A stretch of 64,000 nucleotides of DNA from Torpedo marmorata. Its lineage: Eukaryota. The stretch is from positions 28,768,001-28,832,000 of the forward strand of contig OZ360223.1 of the NCBI GenBank assembly GCA_977017645.1, given 5' to 3'. Position numbers and translations under genes: made by a program. The notes under the pieces are model-generated. The model ran no database searches. It was not told where the DNA came from and was given only the letters and a program-made list of their open reading frames with translations. The stretch's first letter is position 1. The number at the start of each line of letters is the position of its first letter. Below, piece by piece: positions 12,431 through 24,705 of the stretch.

Positions 12431-13980
12431 GCGGGATGGTTTACATGGTTAGAGGATACTGTTCATCAATCTCACAGCCTGCGGGAAGAAACTATTCCCC
12501 AGCCTGACAGTGCTGATTTTGATGCTCCTGTACCTCCTTCTTGATGGTAGTGGGTTTAAGATACTGTGCTTTGGATGGAAAGGGTCTTCCATAATTCCTT
12601 GAGTCCTACTTAGACAATGCTCCCAGTAAATGTTGTCAATAGAGGAAAGGGAGACCCCAGTGATTCTCTTGGCTGCTTTAATGATCCTCTGTATAGACTT
12701 CCGTTCTAATGCTTTGCAGTAACCGTACCACACAATGTTGCAGCCAGACAGGACACTCTCAATTGTGCTCCTATAAAATGTTGTCAAGATGGGGGCTAGT
12801 AAGCTTGACCTCCTCAGCCTCCGTAGAAAGTGTAGGTGCTGCTGTGCCTTCCTGACTAATGAGGAGGTGCTATGAGTCCAGGATAAGTCGTCCCTTCTAT
12901 GCACACCAAAGATCTTTGTGCTCTCCACTCTCTCCATGCCGGAAACGATGATGTGTAGTGGAGAATAGTCAATCTTTGTCCTCCTGAAGTCCACGATCAT
13001 CTCCTTTGTCATCCACGTTGAGACTCAGGTTGTTCTTCTCGTACCATTTTACGAGACGTGAATCAGCAGCATGAACAGTAGCGGGCTGAACACATAGCCC
13101 TGACGTGCGCCAGTGCTGAGCGTGATGGGGCTTGAGGTTTTGCTGCAAACCCAGACAGACTGTGGTCTTTCCATCAAGAAGTCCAGAATCCAGTTGTAGA
13201 GAGGGGTGTTGAGTCCCAGCGAGGACAAGTTTATTCACTCTGCCTGTTCTTTAGAGCAAACACTTGTGTTCACTCAGTCTGTCTCCAGACTGTTGACCGT
13301 ATCTGTCAAATTTCAGCAATGTTTCAATAAATATGGAATTGAAAATAGTGTGTGCCAACCAACAAATTAAATTACTTTTTACCTGCTATGAGAAATATCA
13401 GATACCCGGCATAGAGGAACATTTATGTGCAATATGCAGTACCATTTTGTCAGAAAATCATTTGCAAAGCACAATCCAGACCTGGTACATTCTTCATGAT
13501 TTTACTTCTGGGTCCTCCAGAGCTTAAAACACAAATCTGTACACAATTTCCATGAGTAAATGAAGAGAAGCTGAAGGGACAATAGTGGGTCAGGCAGCAT
13601 TCATGGAGAGAAATGATCAGTTAGTGTTTTGGATCGTGACCCTTTACCAAGACCTGCCACTGCCATTTCCATGAGCTTAATGCACATGTGCAAGGTGAGC
13701 AGATGGCATGGCCCAACTCATGCAGACACAGGCCTTCCCAACAAAAGCAAGTCAGCTTCAGCCACAAAGACCTCCCGTAACAGTTCCCAGTATGTGCACT
13801 TTAAATTAAAAGTATACATTGCAGAGATTCTCCTTCAGGCCACAAAAACACTCCCACCAATAACAACCCCAATCATCCCAAAGCTGACCCAATCCCAATT
13901 TGTTGCCCCAATCCAACCCACAAAATCCTGTCTTCAACCCCTGGCTGATACTGTGACTGTCCCTTGGGTTTCCCTCCCCT

Positions 13981-14438
13981 ACCCATTTACCTTCACAATA
14001 AAATAACTTCAAAGACAAGAGACCAGCCAGTTATGTTGCACACAAGCCATTGAATCTTGTGTGAAAGAATATATTAGCAGTGCAAAAATGCACTCATTTG
14101 TTCATCGGGTAATACCTATTTTTCATTACCTTACTTGATACCAAAATATCAGGGCAACTGGAATCCATCAATGCTGGTCGACTATTGTCGAACACTGACA
14201 CAAGAGGCATGAGATGCTGAGTACAAACGAAAATCAGCGGTAAAACATTTTTAGGTCAGTTGAACTAACGCAATTGTGTCAGCATCATTATGTGATTAAA
14301 CATGCTAAATTCAATAAAAGTTAATTTAATGTTTCTCCAACTTCCAATGTGATACAGCAAATCTGAAATTATCTTTGTGTTCAGCTTGAAGTTGTCTATC
14401 ATAAACCCCCATTTTTTTCAGGAATTTGTTGTCCAGTG
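13981..14438 (+). mobile_element. Chapaev3 (CMC) DNA transposon right end plus a 170-bp segment shared with 22568-22735
   Basis: Encodes a YQGNWNPSML.DYC transposase C-terminus and ends in the TIR ttgttgtccagtg; no left TIR seen. Confidence 0.7.
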
Positions 14439-14707
14439 TTATTTATAAGCAATAATCTCAGCAGTTCTGTTCACTTTCAAACATCTTGGAAAATAGTTTT
14501 CACGGTTTGTTTTTAACCTTTAATTTTCTGCACTATTTCAATGGTTAATACAACCCAATGCTGAATATTCAGTGGTAGTTTTCGAGAAAGATCTATTTTA
14601 GAACATAAAAGAACATGATAGATGTTTTCAGTGAACAATTCTGTCTATTTCCATAATTCAGCTAATTAGAGAATTAAAAGGTGTCAACAGTTGCAAATCT
14701 TAAACTG

Positions 14708-14725
14708 TAATATATATAAATTCTT

Positions 14726-14786
<61 letters not shown>
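14708..14786. repeat. (TA)n microsatellite
   Basis: Directly visible TA run. Confidence 0.95.
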
Positions 14787-14789
<3 letters not shown>

Positions 14790-14924
14790 CATACGTGGAT
14801 CCCATCTCGGCCCCAGCCGCCTGCCCTCCGGAGCTCCCTACCCTTCTGCCGCCTCCAACCAGTGCCCCGTCCGCCCGCCCGTCGGATCCTCACCTTCTGC
14901 CGCCTACTCCAGCCCTGGCTCCGG

Positions 14925-15150
14925 CTGCCGACCCGACGGAGCTCCTGATGCCACGGCTGCCGACCCGAACACTGGCCCCGGGCGCCGACCCGACGGAGCT
15001 CCTGATGCCACGGCTGCCAACCCGATGGAACTCCCGACGCCACGGCCGCCAGCCCGAACACTGGCCCCGGCCGCTGACCCGATGGAGCTCCTAACGCCAC
15101 GGCCGCCAACTCCAACCCGGGCCCTGACCCCCTACTCACCGGAGCTCCTG
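14925..15150 (+). repeat. Imperfect GC-rich tandem repeat of about 50 bp (gacccgacggagctcctgatgccacggc...) in the Penelope 5' region
   Basis: About five visible units. Confidence 0.8.
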
Positions 15151-16053
15151 ACTCTTCGACTGCCGACTCCAGCGTTATATCAGTCCGCCGACCTGCAGGA
15201 GATCTCGACGCTGGAGCTTCCCACGCTGACTCCAACCACGTGGCTCCTGACATAGACTGCTACTGGAGTCCTGATCTCGCTACTGGATCCCATTCGCTTA
15301 TCCCCCTTACTACTCCTTGCCTATCCTCCTACACCTCTCCCTACTCCACCCCCATTTACCCTCTCTGCCCCCCTCTTCTGCCCTACCCCCTAACCCTCAA
15401 ACCTCATCTCCCCCTCCTCTCTCTGGCTACCTCCCCCCACCCTCCTCTCCCCCCTCTGACCTCCCCCACCCTCCCCTTCTTCTCCCTCAACCTCCCCCAC
15501 CCCCTCTGACCTCTGCTAACCCCCACCTCCCCCCTCTGATCTCCCCCACCCCCACCTCCCCCCTCTGACCTCCCCAACCTTCCCCTCCCCCCGCCAATCC
15601 CCCTAACACTATTCCTCCTCCCTCCAACCTCCCCCACCTTCCATCTCCACCGTCAGACCTGCCCAACCCTCCACCTCCCCCCAACACCCTCCACAACACC
15701 GATTCCCACTCTAACCCCTGCTTGGTCTTTACTATCCACTCTGACCTTCCCCTCTCTGAGACGGAGCGCTCGGTCCTAAGAAGAGGCCTTACCTTCGTCC
15801 CCCTCCGCCCACACCTTAATGTGTTCCGCACACGCCACGATGCCAAACTCTTCTTCCGTCGCCTCCGCCTCCGGGCTTACTTCCATGACCGTGTCTCTCC
15901 ACCCCTCACCCAAGACCCTTTCTCCCGCTTCAAGCCTTTTTCCTCCTCCTGGACACCTCGTCCTGGCCAGCTGCCCGCTCTGGACCTTTATATTTCCAAC
16001 TGCCGCCGAGACATCAACCGTCTCAACTTTACTACCTCCCTCTCATATTCTAA

Positions 16054-16530
16054 TTTTTTTAAATATTTTATTTAAAATTTTAAATCACACGATAATACAT
16101 GTTTATAAAATACAAAATTATCAGAATACAAGTGATATATTTTCACCCTCCCCTCCCTCCCTTCCCCCTCCCTAACCCACCCACCCCCACTACTCTAATA
16201 ATATAGAAAGAAAAAAAAAAGGATAGAATTTGGAGAATGTCAATCTAAAAAGGAACAACTATACATTAATTTTATTGTGGAACACAGGTTCGCCAGTCAG
16301 ACCCGATATCGAGAGATCCTCAAATCCTTAAGCCCACAGTCTTTATATATGGGCTCCATATTTTCAAAAATAAATGATATTTGTTACGTAAATTATAAGT
16401 AATTTTTTCAAGTGGTATACATGAACGAAGTTCTGCATGCCATCTTTCTAACCCTAAATCTACATCAGACTTCCTTGTAATATCAATGCATTTCTTTGAA
16501 ACAGCTAAAGCAATTCGCAAAAATTCTATT
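16054..16530 (-). mobile_element. L1/Tx1-type LINE 3' fragment inserted in the Penelope element
   Basis: ORF 16320-16565 (KKCI..ERWHAELRSCIPLEKITY..FLKIWSPYI) resembles fish/shark L1 ORF2 C-termini; G-rich 3'UTR and A-tail on the minus strand. Confidence 0.75.
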
Positions 16531-16774
16531 TGATACCTCCTCTGAATGCTCTGCCCTCCACTCACTCCGCAACAATCCCAACCTCACCATCAAACCCGCA
16601 GACAAGGGTGGTACTGTTGTGGTCTGGCGCACTGACCTCTACCTTGCCGAGGCCAGTCAATAGCTCTCAGACACCTCCTCCTATCTACCCCTCCCACAGG
16701 ACCCCACCACGGCACATCAAGCCACTGTCTCCAACACCATCTCCAACCTCATCACCTCTGGTCACCTCCCTCCC

Positions 16775-17893
16775 ATGGCCACCAACCTCATTGTCTCCCA
16801 TCCCCGTACTGCTCGTTTCTACCTTCTACCCAAGATACACAAACCCAACCATCCGGGTAGACCCGTTGTTTCTGCTTGCTCTTGCCCCACCGAACTAGTT
16901 TCATCTTACCTTGACTCTATCTTTTCTCCCCTGGTTCAATCCCTCCCCACCTACATCCGTGACACCTCACATGCCCACCATCTCTTAAATGACTTCAGTT
17001 TCCCCGAACTGGACCGCCTCATCTTCACGATGGATACCTCCATCCCCCACACAGAAGGTCAGAAAGCACTTCGCTTCTTTCTGGACCAAAGACCTGACCA
17101 GTCACCCTCTACCACCACCCTCCTCCACCTGGCAGAACTTGTCCTCACTTTAAATAACTTCTCCTTTAACTCGTCCCACTTCCTCCAAATCAAAGGAGTA
17201 GCCATGGGTACCCGTATGGGTCCCAGCTATGCCTGCCTGTTTGTGGGCTTTGTGGAGCAATCCATGCTGCAAGTCTACACAGGTAAGACCCCTGAACTCT
17301 TCCTCTGGTATATCGACGACTACATCGGGGCTGCCTCATGCACCCGCGATGAGCTTGTCAACTTCATTCACTTCGCTGCCAACTTCCACCCCGAACTCAA
17401 ACTCACCTGGTCCATCTCTGACAACACTCTCCCCTTCCTGGATCTCTCTGACTCCATCTTGGGAGACAAGCTTTCCACCGACATATATTACAAACCCTCT
17501 AACTCCCACAACTACCTTGACTACACTTCCTCACACCCTGTCCCCTGCAAGGATATTATCCCCTTCTCTCAATTTTTCCGTCTCCGCCGCATCTGTTCCC
17601 AAGATGAGGTCTTCCAGTCCAGATCTTCCGAAATGTCTGCCTTCTTCCACAAAGGTGACTTCCCCTCCACCACCATTAACTCAGCCCTCACCCGCATCTC
17701 CTCCATTTCCCGCTCATCTGCCCTGGCCCCCTCTGCCCCCAGACGCAAGAAACATAGAATCCCCCTCATCCTCACCTACCACTCCACCAGCCTCCGCATC
17801 CAACACATTATCCTCCGGATATTCCGGCACTTACTACAGGATCCCACCACCAGACACATTTTTCCCTTCTCCTCCCCTCTCTCCCTTCTGTAG
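16775..17893 (+). pseudogene. Penelope-like reverse transcriptase, longest open segment (372 aa)
   Basis: RT motifs as above; stops and frameshifts on both sides. Confidence 0.88.
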
Positions 17894-18566
17894 GGACCGC
17901 TCCCTCCATTATTCCCTCGTGCACTCATCCCTCCCCACCTATCACCCCACCGACACCTTCCCCTGTGCCCGCAGGAGGTGCAACACTTGCGCCCACACCT
18001 CCTCCCTCACCACGGTCTGGGGCCCCAAACAGGCCTTTCAATTGAAGCAACACTTGTGTATCCGCAGGATTAATTTACTGTATCCGGTGCTCCCTTTGTG
18101 GCCTTCTCTACATCGGAGAGACCGGTCGCAAATTGGGAGATCGCTTTGCTGAGCACCTCTGCTCCCTCCGCTACAGTAACAGAAACCTCCCAGTAGCCAA
18201 CCATTTCAATTCTGAGTCACACTCCCACACTCACATATCTGTCCATGGCCTTATGTACTATCCCACCCTGACCACCCGCAGATTGGAGGAAGAACACTTT
18301 ATTTTCCGTCTGGGCACTCTCCAGCCAGACGGCATTAACATCGACTTCTCTGGTTTCTGCTAACCTCCTCGCCTTTTTTTCCCCTCCCCCTTTCCAGTTT
18401 TTCCAGTTCTCCTCCCTCCCTTCGCCCTCCACTCACCCAGCCATCCCTCTTCCCCCTGATCACTGCTGTCCCCTCCCTCCCTTCTCCACCTATCACCTCC
18501 TGCCTTTGCCCTCCCCCCTTCTCCCCCCCCCCCACTCTTTTGTTCGGACGCCTGCCGACATTCTTC

Positions 18567-18607
18567 CATACCTTGATGAAGGGCTCAAGCCCGAAACGTC
18601 GGTGATG
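18567..18607 (+). ncRNA. Minimal type I hammerhead-like ribozyme motif in the Penelope pLTR (U3 variant)
   Basis: catacc-TTGATGA-a-gggc(tcaa)gccc-GAAAC-GTC-ggtgatg. Minimal hammerheads in PLE pLTRs are established. Confidence 0.6.
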
Positions 18608-19120
18608 TATTTCTACCTTTGCTACATAAAAGACACTGTTTGACCTGCTGAGTTTCTCCAGCATTTTATGTTTTTACTTCAACCACGGTGTCTACAGATT
18701 TTCATGATTTACTTCTATATAAATTCTTTACTCTTCTAAAATCTTGATACGTTAACTGTATTTGCAGTTTCTCCACTTACTTTGCTGAAAGCTGATGATG
18801 GCCCAGAATCTCTGAGCAGCATCAAAGCCCACACTCATTCTAATCCCCTCCCCCATTGCACATTCAGCCTCTACACTTGCTGCTCACCCACTCATGAAGT
18901 CCGTATTTTCCTTCACCAGATCATCCAGTGGTAAATCTGCGATTAAACCAGCTCAGACCTATGTACATGGCATTGCATCTTTGAACATAATATCGCAAGC
19001 CACGGCCAGAAAATGTGCTGTCCTTAGAAATGCTGATAAAAGGACTTTAGCCACAGACAAAGCCATAATCTACATTTAGTTGGCTGTTAAAACTGTCAAA
19101 GACGATGAGTGTTTATGATT

Positions 19121-19757
19121 GTCAAGTCAAATCTAGTCAAGTTTATTGTCATCTGATTGCACAAGTACAACCCGACAAAGCAGCGTTCTCCGGTCCTCCG
19201 TGCAAAACTCATAGAGACACAATCAGACATAACACACATACAGACAGACAATACATATTCAGGACAAGTATTCATCTACACAAATAAATAAATAAATATT
19301 GTTTCATGAATATGAGTCTCGGATGGTTAGTGTGAGCAGTTTGTTTGGTCATTCAGCATTCTCACTGCCCGTGGGAAGAAACAATTCCTCTGACTGGTGG
19401 TGCTGGCTCTGATACGGTTGTATCTCTTTCCCAATGGGAGAAGCTGAAAGATGATGTGTGCAGGGTGGAAGGGGTCCTCAATGATTTTGCATGCCCTTTT
19501 CAGACAACGATCCCGGTAGATCACGTAGATGGGGGGGGGGGGGGTGGGAGAGTAGTCCTCTCTGCCACTCTTATGGTCGTGTGGATTGACCTCCGATCCA
19601 TTTTTCTGCAGCAACCGTACCACACTGTGATGCAGCCGGCCAGGACACTCTCGATAGAGCTCCTGTAGAAGGTTGACATAATGGTGGCCGGTAGCTTTGC
19701 CCGCTACAGTCTTCTCAGGAAGTTCAGTCGCTGTTGCACTTTCCTGACAAGTGAGAT
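19121..19757 (-). mobile_element. Rex1/Babar LINE 3' fragment
   Basis: ORF 19327-19623 (KIIEDPFHPAH.IFQLLPLGKRY..RNCFFPRAVRMLN); (TTGAC)n-like tail. Confidence 0.85.
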
Positions 19758-21826
19758 GTTCACACTTATTCCAAAGCTTAAAATAGCTTAATGAATAAAA
19801 ATCATTAAGGTTTTAAAAAACCTGAAAAAGTAAAGCTTAAAGTGCTTAAAAATAATTAAAATAATTGAAAACTTTTAAATCAACTCAAATCAAAACAATT
19901 CCCTCCCTTTCTCCCTTGCAGCTATTCCTCTTCAAAACAATGAACAGAAACACTATTCTGTGCCAAGACTAATTTAGTGCAAGTTCATTGGGCAGATTCC
20001 GCATTGTATGTCCTGAGAAATTACAAGAGCTTGGAACACCAGTGCTGAATTCTGTGTATGTATCTCAGTCTTGACTCAGTGAAAATCTAATCCAGATATT
20101 ATTTAAAGCACAGAAATGAAATCAAGTCAGCGCAGGTTATCCAAAACATAACCAGATGCAAATCATCATGGGAATGAAAAATAGATCAGACAAAGGGTCC
20201 TAAACCTAAAATGATAATTATTTTTCTTTTCACAGATGCTGCTTAACCTGACAAGTGTTTACGCATTTTCTGTTTTTATTTCAGATTTTCAACATCTTCA
20301 GGGATTTTCTACTGTCGTGTCACAGTTAGAAGTGAATGAGTGCATAACCCTCCTCTTCAAAATGAAAAGATTCATAATCCATTCACCAATGCAAGATATT
20401 GATCGTTTATATATCTTGTATTTTTATTGACTAATTCTATTATAAAGGACGTTTTGTCGCGAAGCTAAAAATTGATAAGAGTTTGATGCAAAAATGTCCT
20501 AATAACATGCTGTATTTAAAGATTTATGGGCAATCAGGTATTATGATTGCACTATGCATTCAAAGTTTGAGAGCAAGTTAATATTTGATAAATGTTAATG
20601 TTTTACTGGCAGTTAATGAATAAAATGCTAACAGAGATATTAAAATGGAATTTGGATTATCAAAAACCATCAAAAACTCAACTAATTTGTACTAATTGGA
20701 TTAATATGGCTTTCTATATCATGCATGAAAGAGTATGTCAGAATGTATATTGTGCTGCTGATTTGCCCCATTAGTCTGAGGAAATACTTCAGTGACTTTT
20801 AGTTTTCTTACCACTGTCCTGCTAGTCAGTTGAACAATTACGACATGCTCTGTATGACACGTGGGAATTCACAAAGTGCAGCGCAACTTAATTTGTCAAG
20901 TCTAATAAGTTTCCTGAGAAAACAAAACAGGCTGTACTATTTTCATCCGAATGAGAGCTCTTGAGCAATGAAGCTAACTAAAAGTGCATCAGAACTGGGA
21001 TCAGGTTTCTCTGGAATGTGAGTAGCTCTTGGCCACATTGTCATTGAGTCTGAACAGTGCTGAACTCGGTGTGAATCGTGCACGCCTCAAGATGATGAAC
21101 ATCTGACTTCTGAGCAGCAGAGAAAATCCTATCAAGGATTATTTTCTTGACAAGCTCTCTGTTCCTCCAGCTTTCCAGGATTTCCAAGGGCGATGTTTCC
21201 AGAATGAAAATTTACACCAGATCACCCAGACTCTGGCGGGATGAGCCATGAAAAGTGGAAAATGAGTCGACCCACATTAAGTTTTGGAAAATCAGTGATT
21301 TCTTTATCCTTTTACTCTATGTTTAAGTGATTTTCCATCTACAATTTTACACGAATTCCATGAGGGTTTTAATCATATTTCATTTTGACTTGTTTGAAAG
21401 TTTGGAATTTTGGGAGATGATTGGTGCAGTGAATTATCTCACAATTGTCTTATCTTTGGGCCCTGAACTTTGATCCAATCCAGACTGATGTAACTAATAC
21501 CTTCTTTCTCATGCTTGTGAAATTCATTTTGAACAGTAATATAACTAAGAGACACAAACTAGAACTACATTTTGTGCATATTAAGACAGAATCTGTGGAG
21601 AAAAATACAAAGTTATCATTTCAGCATGGTGACCTTTCACCCGAATTCCTGAACTAATTGTTTTGGGGATGACAGGTAAATGTAAAAATGGATGAATTTG
21701 AGGTGGGTAATATATGTTGAAAATGTTTAGCATTCTGCTCACCAGCAACTCAATTATTTTTGGTGGTTAAACAACCCCCCAATAATTATGTAAATTGATT
21801 AAACTTCGTTTTTGTTCTTCTTATAG

Positions 21827-21875
21827 GTATGTGGAAGTATTGGATTCAATACAAAGAATATCCGTTTATCCACAG
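21827..21875 (+). other. Possible 49-nt host exon (unidentified)
   Basis: Polypyrimidine tract plus TAG acceptor (tttttgttcttcttatag), CAG|GTTGAC donor, open in all three frames (for example YVEVLDSIQRISVYPQ), in non-repetitive DNA. Confidence 0.3.
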
Positions 21876-21949
21876 GTTGACTTATTTTAAGTGACAATAT
21901 AAACAGTTTTGATCAATTCTTCTTTAAGTCTGTTGCTCATCAACAATAA

Positions 21950-23039
21950 CACTGGACAACGAAGATTTTGCTTCCTGAACCCTTTTAGATTTTGGGCTAC
22001 TGATCACAAAAATCACCTTAAAATTTTCCTATCACGTACCGTTTTTTAGACATACCGGTAATCTTTTTTTGTGATTTCCTGTCATACTTTAAGTCTACTT
22101 TAAGCATACAAAACCATGAAGTGCAACATGTCATTTAAAATTCATTTTCTGCATTCACACTTGGATTTCTTCCCTTCCGATCTTGGTGCAGTCAGTGATG
22201 AACATGGTGAAAGGTTTCACCAGATTCAGATTTCAGATTTATTGTCAGAGTACATACATGACATCACATACAACTCTGAGATTCTTTTTCCTGCGGGCGA
22301 GGCAGAATTACCACTGATTGGTAGTGCAAAAAAAAACTGTACACAGCGTATACATGTAGATTGGACATTGCGACCATGGAAAAGCGGTATCAGGGCAACT
22401 GGAATCCATACCAGAACATTGCAACTATGGAAAAGTTGTATTAGGGCAACTGGAATCCATCAATGCTGGCCGACTATTGTTGGACACTGAAACGAGAGGC
22501 ATCAGATGCTCCAGGATAAGCACAAAACATAAACCACCCTGAACTCCATGAGCTGAACCTACAAACTACCCATTTACCTTCACAATAAAATAACTTCAGA
22601 GACAAGAGACCAGCCAGTTATGTTGCACACAAGCCATTGAATCTTGTGTGAAAGAATATATTAGCAGTGCAAAAATGCACTCATTTGTTCATCGGGTAAT
22701 ACCTATTTTTCATTACCTTACTTGGTACCAAAATATCAGGGCAACTGGAATCCATCAATGCTGGCCGACTATTGTTGGACACTGACACGAGAGGCATCAG
22801 ATGCTGAGTACAAACGAAAATCAGTGCAAAACATTTTTAGTCCAGTTGAACTAACACAATGTGTCAGCATCATTATGCGATTAAACATGCTAAATTCAAT
22901 AAATGCTAATTTAATTTTTCTCCAACTTCCTTCATGATTTAGCAAATCTGAAATTATCTTTGTGCTCAGCTTGAAGTTATCTATCATAATCCCCAATTTT
23001 TCAGGAAGCAAACTTTTTGAAAAAAATTGTTCTTCAGTG
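21950..23039 (+). mobile_element. Internally deleted Chapaev3 (CMC/CACTA-related) DNA transposon, 3-bp TSD TAA
   Basis: TAA|CACTGGACAAC ... TTGTTCTTCAGTG|TAA; transposase motifs KIHFLHSHLDFFP.DLGAVSDEHGERFHQ and YQGNWNPSMLADYCWTL. Confidence 0.82.
22222..22358 (-). mobile_element. Short Rex1 3'-end fragment inserted in the Chapaev3 element
   Basis: Near-identical to 817-950; a further such fragment lies at about 29425-29507. Confidence 0.8.
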
Positions 23040-23588
23040 TAATTGGTTCAAGTTCAGACAAAGTTGCTGTGATCAAATTTAGTTGGTGCTGAATTTTCTT
23101 GAATGAAATTTTTAAAGATCATTGAAAATTCATGGAATAATAAAGCATGTAATTAACTGGTCATATTGCTGCATGCATACAAGTATTAGTTTGAACTGTA
23201 TCTGTGAAATAACATCTGCTGTCCTTGTACTTGTTGAGCACATCCATTATCACTTGGCTTTCAAACAGAATTGAACTTCAAGCTATCTGTGTTTAAAACG
23301 GGGAGAGGTTTGGGTTAAAGCATGCCAAAATTTCAGGAAAAGGTGCCAAGTACCTAAAATGGGAGAACAGCCATTCAAGTACTGATGATTTTTCTGCCTC
23401 TTGAAATAAATTCGAAAAAGGTAGTTAAATACATTAAAACCCCCATGCAAGAACCTTAAAAGAATTACACTTGGTCTAAATCCAACATTAACAAAGTGAA
23501 GTAAAACACGAAAATCTGTAGACACCGTCGTTGAAGTAAAAGACACAAATGCTAGAGAAACTCAGCAGGTCAAACAGTGTCTTTCATG

Positions 23589-24485
23589 TGTTACAAAATC
23601 AAACCAGCAACGACAGAAGACGCAATGCAAAAGGGGTAAAATTGAAATTATTATTTATTAAACACAAGTAAACATATAATTTCACAACAATTAACCCCAC
23701 TATAAACGTCTATAAACTCTATTCTTATCTAAAAGGTGTATGTGTGTGTGTGTAAAGCCCAGACCATTACAGTCTGTGCCCAACCCTTATGTAAAAATGG
23801 AAAAACTTTCCCCAAAAACCCCAGGTCAGTCATAAAAAAACAAGTCAGTCAAAAAAAAAGATAAACAGTCCACAAGATTCACTCTCTAAGTTCAGGCTTC
23901 ACTTCAGCTCTGGGTCTGGTAGAAGTACTTCTGAATGAACGTTGGAGAGGGACAATGACTGTTATGCTTACAAATACTTGTTTTCTTCTCTGATGACGTC
24001 CCCTTCTTGTAGGTTCATAAGGATTGCAAGTTCCAGATCAGTATACCACTGATTTAGGCGTATGCTTGAATCTCACAGCTAGTCTCGCTGATCTCACGCC
24101 TGTTCTCCACAGAAGTTGCTTTTTGTCAGAATTTCTCTGAGACAGGAGGCCATGTGCTATTTTGCCAGATTTCTCTGACTGTGCACACAAGCCTGGATCT
24201 GGCTGTGTTCAGTAGCCTTTGCAACTCACAACTGTCTGCTTTGCAGAGATCTGCCCCTGCTTTTTGCAGAAGTGAAACAAATGTATCTTGTCGGGTCTCT
24301 CTCTGGTCTCTCTCTGTCTCTCTCTGTCTGGGTACACCAAAAGTGCAACAATGTATCTTGTCTGGGTACACCAAGTAGCTGGGGAAGTTAACTCTTTCAG
24401 TACCTGGCCCCAGTGTATACTCCAAAAGAATTCATCCTTCCTGCTAACCGTCCGCAGTCCAAATGGTCAGTCATGGTCCATAACA
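23589..24485 (-). mobile_element. Solo LTR (same family as 6124-6994), 4-bp TSD CATG
   Basis: Reverse-complement homology to 6124-6994; CATG at 23585-23588 and 24486-24489. Confidence 0.88.
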
Positions 24486-24705
24486 CATGTAGCAAAGGTA
24501 GAAATACATAACCGACGTTTCGGGCTTGAACCCTTCATCAAAGTATGAGAAAATGCCGGCAGGCGTCCGAACAAAAGAGTGAGGGGGGAAGGGGGGGGGG
24601 GCAAAGGCAGATGATAGGTGGAGAAAGGAGGGAGGGGACAGCAGCAAAGAGGGGGAGGAGGGCTGGGTGGGTGGAAAAAAACAGGAAGGACAGGTGAGGG
24701 AGAGA

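Larger units (their letters stand above)
11071..13238 (-). mobile_element. Rex1/Babar LINE 3' fragment split by a solo LTR and a CR1 (pieces about 11071-11185, 11561-11577, 12432-13238)
   Basis: ORF 12449-13012 (TKEMIVDFRR, FYRSTIESVL, NSFFPQAVRLMN); the 3' tail caagttcaagtttat resembles the copy at 19121. Confidence 0.8.
14787..18715 (+). mobile_element. Penelope-like element (Neptune-type): degenerate RT, GIY-YIG endonuclease and 3' pLTR
   Basis: LSETERSVLRRGLTFVP, IKPADKGG, FYLLPKIHK, GVAMGTRMGPSYA, YIDD, a CxRRRCxxC linker, YIGET and PVANHFN motifs; 3' pLTR with a hammerhead-like core. Confidence 0.92.

Noticed and set aside
14925-15150. CRISPR-like repeat array
   Set aside because: Degenerate tandem repeats without unique spacers, inside a eukaryotic Penelope element, with no cas genes.
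15300-15710. C-rich tract as an independent G-quadruplex or triplex element, or a Pro-rich gene
   Set aside because: It is part of the Penelope 5' low-complexity region, in line with the element's C-rich strand bias.
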